From positions 1-52,943 of the forward strand of contig JAADVB010000123.1 of assembly GCA_023334545.1 (NCBI GenBank): a stretch of 52,943 bases of DNA, given 5' to 3'. Below, one piece after another: positions 40,064 to 47,902 of this stretch (position 1 is its first letter; the number at the start of each line of letters is the position of its first letter). Both the position numbers and the translations under genes were made by a program. The notes under the pieces were generated by a model, which searched no databases, had not been told where the DNA came from, and was given only the letters and a program-made list of their open reading frames with translations. The stretch is from Salisapilia sapeloensis CBS 127946. Its lineage: Eukaryota; Protista; Oomycota.

Positions 40064-40882
40064 AAAGCTGCTCGACGAGTTTACATGTTGGGTCTAAGTA
40101 TGAAGCCTCGAAAGCATCCAACTCTGTCTGTCCGTTCGTCATCTTTTCTGTTGGATCGAATGGGATGCCACGTGCTGGTCGACTTGCTTGCATGGAGCAT
40201 GGAAGAGTGATTATCTTGAAGAGTAGGACTAGCCTGGCCGGAGTTTAAGTTTTGTCGATTTGATCCATTAACAGAGATGCATGTTTCTAAAGGATCAACT
40301 ACATTCTCGTATTAAATGAAAAACGAACTCCCGAGGAGCTTTGTGACTTTGATCAGCTTTAGCCTTTCAGTTGCGGTATAAATAGTATATTAACACTCAT
40401 CTTTCTTTGCCCTTATCTATATATCTGTGTAGTGTATCGCTCTTTTGGAGAACGTAAATGAAAGCAAGGTTTCTATTAGCTAAAATAACCGACAAGCACC
40501 GATGCCGAAACTAGCAACCGTCTACTAATTCAGAAGTTGACAGATTTGTTTCGACTTAGTATCAAGAGTTGGATCCAGCCTGTACTCTAGCGACGATCAA
40601 TAGGAGTGAAGGATTATAGGTCATATTGGTTGCCAAATGCGTTGTGGAAGTCTAATCGAAAGTGGGCGCATCACGGCGGAACTTCATCTCGAGCAGATGA
40701 GGGTAAGTCTAGAAGATATGTGAATCGACAAGCATCACTTGTTCTCACGATCACATTCTGTGCGAAATTATGTACTTCTTCTCGTGCTATTTGCAAAGCC
40801 AAAGCTTTCAATTATCTTCGAATGTACTGGTGGTAATAAGCTGAACAAAGATAAATAGATTCTATTGTTTTCAGTCTTCTCG

Positions 40883-42814
40883 TTACGATCCGAAGGAATG
40901 TGTTTGAAGCCATTCGAGTACGTCAAAGTGCCCATTTCTCTCGGCGGTAGCTAGACTACTTTCCGATAAAGGTGGAATCTGGAGCTCTCGTTGGTGCGAA
41001 TAGAGCCATTCAAGAGCTCGGAGATGACCGTTCCGAACCGCAGCTGTCGTGGCACGCCCACTGCACCCCTCCGTCCGATTCTCGAACAAGTATTGCATGA
41101 CATCGATATATCCATGCTCTGAAGCTCCATCTAGCGCCTTCACGGTGCATCCTTCCTCGCGGTTTTCATGTAGCCACACAACAACATCCAAAAAACCTCG
41201 TCTGGCAGCATCGTCCATGGCCCATCTAGAGCATCCTTCGCTCCTATTCTCATCCAGCCATTGCACGATTTCCAAGTTTCCAGATGCACTAGCCAAATCC
41301 ATTGCGCGAATACTGCATCCCTCCGTTCGATTTTCATGGAGGAATGTTATAACTTCAAAGTGACCACCGCCACAAGCGTCATCCATTGCACGAATAGTGC
41401 ATCCCTCTTTCCGATTTTCGTGGAGAAATTTCACGACTGAAAGATGGCCATACGCTGCAGCTTGGTCGAGCGCATCGGTTGTGCTGCCTTCCGTCCTGTT
41501 CAAGTGCAGGTACTGCACCACTTGGAGAAATCCACGTGCACAAGCCAAGTCCATGGCTTCGGTCGTGCATCCCTCGGTGCGGTTATCATGAAGCCAACGC
41601 AAGACATGTATATGCCCATTGGCCGCTGCCTTATTCATGGCATTGACCGTACAGCCCTCGTCACGATTTTCAGACAGCCACTGCACAATAGCTAAATGCC
41701 CTCTCGTCGCAGCATTATCCATTGCTCGTGGTGTTGCCGAGCTGCCGACTGAGTGCAGCCATTTAACTACAGAAAGATGGCCATTGGCCGCAGCAGAATC
41801 GATTGCGTCTACCGACTCGAGACTGCATATCTTGTGTTGGAACAACCAGCATAGCATTTCCAGATGCCCTCCTTTTGCAGCACCTAACAATGCCATCGGA
41901 TTCGCACAGGAGAGCCCATTTGCGTACAACCATTCAGCAGCTTCTTTATGCTTATTTACAACTGCTTCCACGAAAGGATGCTTTGCACTGTGAACACTTC
42001 GAGCATTGTACGCACCAATGCTGAAAAGGTACTGCATAACATCCAAGTGGCCATTTGCGGCAGCAATTGCAAATCCATCCGACTCGTACACGGAAAGACG
42101 TGGGGATGTGATGCCAAATACAGAGTGGATCCACTTTAAAGCGCCTAGGTGACCATTCTCGGATGCATTGTTAATCGCTTTAAATGTGCAATGGATAGAA
42201 TGACGATCGTACAGCCATTTCATGCATTCGACTCGACCGTGATATGATGCAAGGTCCATCGCTTCTGCTGAATACGCTTGACCGTGACGCTCTTCGAGCC
42301 ATTTCACAATGTCTAAGCAGCCATTGGCAAGTGCTTTGTCGCTTGCATGTGAAGAGCCTTTTGCTCCAACACTGTAGAGCCACTGAATTATAGACATATG
42401 CCCGTTGCTTGCCGCTTCGTCCACTGCTCTATATGAAAACGCTTTCGGCCGAAGTTCTGACAGGTATCGCGCACACTCATAGCTGCCATTCGCGGCTGCT
42501 ACGTCGAGTACGTCGCGATGGATGATACGATGAGGTTTAAGCTGGACAATAAGCTGCAATATCTCTAGGTTACCACGTGCAGCAGCAATCTTCAAGGCGC
42601 TATTCCAGTCCTGGTACGGAATAAACCTGGTATTTATTGCACTCCACCGCTCTATTAAGCGGATGGAGCCCAAGTTTACCGCTTCATAAAGTCGCCATTG
42701 ATACGACTTGTCTAAGTAAGAGGTTAAAATATAGGCAAAGTACTCCGCATCTTCGTACTTTAGTATCGGGGAGTACCGAAAGAGTACATTCACGCATGTG
42801 AATGGAGGAGACAT
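40883..42814 (-). CDS. Ankyrin-repeat protein of the short 28-aa (NRxEGCTxxAMDxAAxxGHLxVVxWLH) type
   Basis: Intact 643-aa ORF (ATG 42814) with many tandem AMD.AA..GHL.VV.WLH.NR.EGCT units. Inr-like TCACTTTTTTC about 80 bp upstream. Confidence 0.92.
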   Translation of the reverse strand: MSPPFTCVNVLFRYSPILKYEDAEYFAYILTSYLDKSYQWRLYEAVNLGSIRLIERWSAINTRFIPYQDWNSALKIAAARGNLEILQLIVQLKPHRIIHRDVLDVAAANGSYECARYLSELRPKAFSYRAVDEAASNGHMSIIQWLYSVGAKGSSHASDKALANGCLDIVKWLEERHGQAYSAEAMDLASYHGRVECMKWLYDRHSIHCTFKAINNASENGHLGALKWIHSVFGITSPRLSVYESDGFAIAAANGHLDVMQYLFSIGAYNARSVHSAKHPFVEAVVNKHKEAAEWLYANGLSCANPMALLGAAKGGHLEMLCWLFQHKICSLESVDAIDSAAANGHLSVVKWLHSVGSSATPRAMDNAATRGHLAIVQWLSENRDEGCTVNAMNKAAANGHIHVLRWLHDNRTEGCTTEAMDLACARGFLQVVQYLHLNRTEGSTTDALDQAAAYGHLSVVKFLHENRKEGCTIRAMDDACGGGHFEVITFLHENRTEGCSIRAMDLASASGNLEIVQWLDENRSEGCSRWAMDDAARRGFLDVVVWLHENREEGCTVKALDGASEHGYIDVMQYLFENRTEGCSGRATTAAVRNGHLRALEWLYSHQRELQIPPLSESSLATAERNGHFDVLEWLQTHSFGS

Positions 42815-43716
42815 TTTTGGGTCAAAGAGAGTAGTATATTTAGCTCGAGCTTAATCTACGACTACCTCTGGTGGGCTGAACCATTCTGAAAAAAGTGACT
42901 GTCTCGGATCGTAAACAGTATATGAAAGTTTGTATACAATAGTAGGAAACCAACCGACAAAAAACAAATTACTACGTATTCTGGCAAAATAGACAATACT
43001 TGCATAAAAATTGTAAATCTTTTTATTTTAGTTCTTCTTTAAGCACTAGGAGTATTTGTGTGCCTGAAGTTATATGAAGCTTTTCAAGCTTGACGCTACC
43101 TTTTAGGATGACCACGTATGAGCAATTTGCATCTGAGCCTAAACGAAGTAGACAGACGCTGCTACTGTATACTTCCATTAGAATGGCCGATAAAACCGCA
43201 CGGGATTTCTGTCGTCTGCATCGTTCAGCACAACAAGACATTCAATCGAGTCAACTAGCCTGAGATTGCGTCGAGACATTTTAAAAGTAAGCAGCATACA
43301 GTCTGATAGAAGTAGTAGAAATCACGTCTTATATTGAACAGTGCTTTAATGTTGACAAGCGAAAGCGACTAGTGTCTTTTTCAAAGTCATAGCACTGTGA
43401 GATACGAATTTGCTACCAAATAGTGGCGTCTGACAAACAGAAAACCCGCCCTAACACGATTTGTCGTACCCAATTGCGTGAAGAAAAGCTATACAATTAT
43501 GGGGGTAACCAGGTCTACCTTGATAATATTAAGCCTTGGTTCTTATCAGCTGGATTTATGGCGAAATCTGAGGTAAGAAAACTCTCTAAACCCTATACCA
43601 TTTATCGATTATAAATAAGCGAGACCATTGCTGAGCGAAGGCGAATACTAGTTATCCGCGATATGCTGCACCAATGGACCGACGATATCTCATTTCAGTG
43701 TTCGGATAAAATACTC

Positions 43717-43731
43717 CTCATTTTCCTTTCC
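43717..43731 (+). promoter_or_regulatory. Inr/FPR-like core promoter of the trypsin-like gene
   Basis: CTCATTTTCCTTTCC about 40-50 bp upstream of ATG 43769. Near match to the oomycete Inr-FPR. Confidence 0.5.
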
Positions 43732-43768
43732 GCGTTTCGGACAAGAAGCCTCCAGGTTTGACTTCATC

Positions 43769-44716
43769 ATGGCCGAATTACAAGCAACAATCTCGACGGT
43801 TATAATCGTCTTTACACTTACTGGTACCTGGGCCTTTTCATCTCTACAAGACGAAACTCATAGTTTCGTTCCTATCGATAACCCGGTCCAAGCAACCAAT
43901 GTACAGAAAGCGACGGTGAACACGAGTGCAAGCAATGAGAATCGAGTTTTCAATGGAAAGTCATTTGTTCCACTTTCCAAGATGAACTATATGGTTGCCA
44001 TTAGTACGACCTATTCAGACGGAAACCGGGTCGTTTGCTCTGGTTTCTTTATAACTTCGAATTACGTGGTCACGGCTGCACACTGCGTACTGGAATATAG
44101 CTCAACAGCGAAAAAATACGAGCAAGCTGAGACGATTATTGCAAGCACGAAACACCCTAAAGTCCCTATACTCAAGGGAGACTATGAGGCAAGCACAGTT
44201 GAAGAAGTGCTGTTTGACCCCGGATACGATGTGAATAAAGATGCCGGAACCGACTTTGCTCTATTGAAAGTAGCATTTAGCCCAGGAAACATAGGTGTTC
44301 CGCCGTTGCATAAAACTACAAAAGGATTTGATATACCATCATTTGCGACAGTGCAATACACTGGGTACGGTACTCAATCACCGTTAGACAACCAAAACCG
44401 TCTTCGAATTGGAAATATGCAAATTTCTTACTTGGAAGATTGCAAAGCGGAATGGAATGTACTGCATCGTATAGGTGCGTCTGAAAGTGATATCCTTCCT
44501 ACCGTGACGGATCGCAACATTTGCACGAAGGCAAGCTCGACCCCTCCTTGTTTGGGTGATGCTGGTGCACCTGTTCTATACATGGGTACAGTGATAGCAA
44601 TGACTGTCTGGCATGATCCGATATGTGGACCGCAGTGGCATGTGATCAATGTTCCCATGCACCAGATATGGAAATTCGCACAATCACATCCGAAGGTTCA
44701 AGTCTCTAGCGCCTGA
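43769..44716 (+). CDS. Secreted trypsin-like S1 homologue lacking the catalytic Ser (GIP-like pseudoprotease)
   Basis: Signal peptide; R|VFNG activation-like site; CSGFFITSNYVVTAAHC (His present); DFALL (Asp present); PCLGDAGAP in place of GDSGGP (GCT at 44561-44563). Confidence 0.88.
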   Translation: MAELQATISTVIIVFTLTGTWAFSSLQDETHSFVPIDNPVQATNVQKATVNTSASNENRVFNGKSFVPLSKMNYMVAISTTYSDGNRVVCSGFFITSNYVVTAAHCVLEYSSTAKKYEQAETIIASTKHPKVPILKGDYEASTVEEVLFDPGYDVNKDAGTDFALLKVAFSPGNIGVPPLHKTTKGFDIPSFATVQYTGYGTQSPLDNQNRLRIGNMQISYLEDCKAEWNVLHRIGASESDILPTVTDRNICTKASSTPPCLGDAGAPVLYMGTVIAMTVWHDPICGPQWHVINVPMHQIWKFAQSHPKVQVSSA

Positions 44717-46698
44717 AAACACCCACGAAATTAAAGGGACGATCGGACTGACACCAAGATAAGGCAAAAAATTGAATGGTGAGCAAAAGGAAGATTGAAA
44801 CGCCTTTAATCAATACATACACGCAAGTTGACTTTCATATAGATTGGTTACAATTGATATCGGTGAATAACATCTACACAGTCCATCGTATCATGAAATA
44901 CCTTAAGTACAGCAAAACTTTAAGAATTTGGACATTTAGCACGTGCGTTTTGTTGATTCAAGAGTACGTTAGTTGAGGAAAAGGGCTTTCAAAAGACCAG
45001 ATCTCCATTTCTGTTGGTACTGGAACCGGGTAATATACTTTTTGCATCGAGTAGGCGTCCTCTACGACAAACATGAAAGAGCAACTTATCGCATATTGAG
45101 GTTTTATACCTGAATGACCGACGTCGAAATACATCCTACTTTCGAGCAAACTTAGTGAGTCTCCTGGTTATTTTCTATGCTTATATCTACTTCACGTGAT
45201 GGTGATGAGTTCGATGTGAGAGCTCTAGTACGACTTATGAGGATATAAAGCGATACCGATTTGATAAGATTGTTTCCTTGTAATCAAGTAGAACTAGTCT
45301 GCATGTTCCTATGTAGAGCTGTGGCATATTCGGCTGCTTTCATCGATTAGGATGATAAAAGCAAATCTTGCTCTTATGCGAAATACAATTTGCAGATTAT
45401 TTTTTATCCAGGGTGGAAGCACATTTCCATGGGTTACACTCTGAGAATGCTGCTGGTGACTTTGTATAAAGAAAGGTTAATAGCATCAGCTGTAGAGTGT
45501 CATAGGCTATTGAACCAAGTAGTAAGAGTTCCATTTAAAAAAGAGAAATGCATATTGTTGCGTTTAATGCACAGCTTGAATGACACTCTCCAGGCTTTTA
45601 TCCAGCTTCGATACCTAAGCGTCCAAGTCGGATAGTAGGGTTCCTTTACGTGTAACACAGGTATGAAGACTGCTTTTGAGTAGACACAAGGTAGAGTAAA
45701 GCACATTATGCATATACTGTTGCCCGAGAGGTATCCTGCGCAACTCGTCACATAGATGTGTACTAGCTTTCGTTTGATCAACAAGAGAGTAAGGTTACCA
45801 CAAGCAACAATGATCAACAAGTGTCTTGAGTATTTACTTTGAGCTGGCTTGGTCGGATGAGGAATCGTGAGCAAGAGTAGAATGATTCTAACCATGAATA
45901 TTATCTCTTTTAAATCCGTGCAATAATCACGAGAAGCAAGTGACCAATGTATGAATAGTAGCCCTTCGACTGCATTCATAACACATATCTCGAAGCCTTT
46001 CAAGTTACTACCAAGCATGAATAGAAGATGGTATCAACTATAGTATAGAAAAGTAAGCGTGGATTAAAAGATACCGAAAGCAAATCGCACGCCATCACGG
46101 TGCAGGTAGCGTGCAATCTAGAAGGATTCATCGCCTTGATTTCCACGTTTACATTCTGGCCTTTTGACTTGACGTACCAGCTTTGACCGAAAGTATTGGA
46201 ATGTAGCACAAGGAAACGCGCGCCATCCACCACTCCTAATTTCTTCTGCTATCTTGTATCTCCGCCTAGATTCTGGTGTAGCTTTGTTCCACCATATTAA
46301 TTTCAAGGCCTGTCATATTGCTTCTAAAGATTCGCTTGAAGTTACCACAAATATGAGCTGACTAGGGTGGAAGCGTTTCAAGGCAAAGGCAACTGCCACT
46401 AGAAGTGAACCTAGGTGCGCTTTTCGTTGTAGGTTAATTTGGATCCCTCCATAGATGCAAAAATATCAAATAGACCTGTAGACAATCATCTTAGCATGTA
46501 GTTTCAAGACATCATTAAACTTTTGTTCCAGCTTTCCTGTGTTTCCTCTATGTATATGCCTTAGATTCGCATCTACCTGCTTGAAAAGATTTTTCGCATG
46601 CACCCATTTCGAGTCTGTCTGAAACCGTAGGTTGAGATTTGGCAGATAGTATCCACCCGTAAGCATCTCCGCCACGGATCAAGGGCATGCCAGCAAGT

Positions 46699-46713
46699 CT
46701 CATTTATAATTTC
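46699..46713 (+). promoter_or_regulatory. Inr/FPR core promoter of the second CBM1-like gene
   Basis: CTCATTTATAATTTC, 48-62 bp upstream of ATG 46761. One mismatch to TCATTYBNNNWTTY. Confidence 0.6.
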
Positions 46714-46760
46714 CCCAGCAACCAACAACAGCTCTTCCAACTTGAACATCTCTTGCAACG

Positions 46761-47759
46761 ATGAAGATTGCCGCTACTCTTTCAGCTGCCACCATTGTTC
46801 TTGTCTCCGTCCCTCAGTTAGCAAGTGCTGAGACCCAGTCCAATATCCATTTGCGTATCCACGAGGAAGGATATGGCGGATGCGCTCATAGCTGGTCCCA
46901 GTGCGACGGTCAAAACTGGTCTAGTGCAACATGCTGCCGCGAACAAGGTTTCGTGTGCAAGGCCTCTCCTGATCGTCCTCATTCAGATCACTGGACGAGA
47001 CTTTGCTTGCCCAAAGCTACCAGTGGTTATTACCACCACAAGCACCATGGAAAGCACCACGACGATTACCAGCAGCATTGCATCACGGACTATTCCCAGT
47101 GCGATGGTCAGAACTGGTATGGTCCCACTTGTTGCCAGAGTCACGGTTTCGAGTGTAAGGTTTCTCCTGACCGCCCCCATTCCGATCACTGGACGAGACT
47201 TTGCTTGCCCAAAGCTACCAGTGGTTATTACCACCACAAGCACCATGGAAAGCACCACGACGATTACGAGCAGCAGTGCATCACCGACAACTCGCAGTGC
47301 GGCGGTCAAAATTGGTCGGGTGCGACTTGCTGCCAGAATCCGGACTACGAATGCAAGGCATCTCCAGACCGCCCTGCTGAAGACCACTGGACGATGCTCT
47401 GTCTGCCCAAGGGAAATGACTACGAAAGCGACAGCCCCGACTATGAGAGTGAAGACAAGGACTATGAAGGCGACAGTCCGGACTACGAAAGCGAAGATAA
47501 CGACGTATATGACAGCTATGACGGTGAAAAGGTCGGCGCTTGGGACGATTGCACGAACGGAAAGCAGTGTGTCGAAGACTATGAGTGCATCGTGCAATCC
47601 GACTACTATGCTCAGTGCATGCCGAGCGAGCTAGAGGCAGAAGCTCTGTGTGGACAGAAAGGTGACCAGAACTGGGACTACGCCGAAGCATGCCCTGAAG
47701 GGTACGAGTGCAAGGCTCGCCACCATGGTGACAAGGATCTCCGCTGCCTCGCTTACTAG
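46761..47759 (+). CDS. Secreted non-catalytic multi-CBM1 protein with three variant modules, His-rich linkers, an acidic DYE repeat and a canonical oomycete CBM1 end
   Basis: Signal peptide MKIAATLSAATIVLVSVPQLASA. Three C...[WY/N]SQC[DG]GQNW...TCC.....[FY].CK.SPDRP..DHWT.LCLPK modules; linkers YYHHKHHGKHHDDY; DYESDSPDYESEDKDYE tract; terminal WDDC...C...YECIVQSDYYAQCMP. Confidence 0.9.
   Translation: MKIAATLSAATIVLVSVPQLASAETQSNIHLRIHEEGYGGCAHSWSQCDGQNWSSATCCREQGFVCKASPDRPHSDHWTRLCLPKATSGYYHHKHHGKHHDDYQQHCITDYSQCDGQNWYGPTCCQSHGFECKVSPDRPHSDHWTRLCLPKATSGYYHHKHHGKHHDDYEQQCITDNSQCGGQNWSGATCCQNPDYECKASPDRPAEDHWTMLCLPKGNDYESDSPDYESEDKDYEGDSPDYESEDNDVYDSYDGEKVGAWDDCTNGKQCVEDYECIVQSDYYAQCMPSELEAEALCGQKGDQNWDYAEACPEGYECKARHHGDKDLRCLAY
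46880..47415 (+). repeat. Intragenic tandem repeat, 3 units with a 198-bp (66-aa) period
   Basis: TC(C/G)CAGTGC anchors at 46896, 47094 and 47292. The stretch approx. 46986-47089 is nearly identical to approx. 47184-47287. Confidence 0.9.
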
Positions 47760-47902
47760 GCCATAGGAATCGCCACGCATTCTGCTATCAACCACTTCTT
47801 TGCTTTCCACTACCACATCGGACGCATGAGACTGCTCTAGGTGTGCTTTCTATCGTTTCAACAAGTTGTTTTTCCTGACAATGAGCTTGGATTATGTTGC
47901 AA

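Noticed and set aside
40883-42000. Regular 84-bp periodicity that might suggest a CRISPR-like array
   Set aside because: These are degenerate coding ankyrin repeats in a eukaryotic gene, with no identical repeats or unique spacers.
45390-46018. 172-aa minus ORF and weak Copia-like motifs (LVTLYK..LIA; RHIDVY) on the plus strand
   Set aside because: There is no YVDD, the motif spacing is inconsistent with RT/RNase H, and the codon usage is AT-rich and non-genic.
46466-46758. Two short minus ORFs divergent from the CBM gene
   Set aside because: They overlap the Inr-FPR promoter of the CBM gene, are not spliceable into a recognisable protein, and one starts at TTG.
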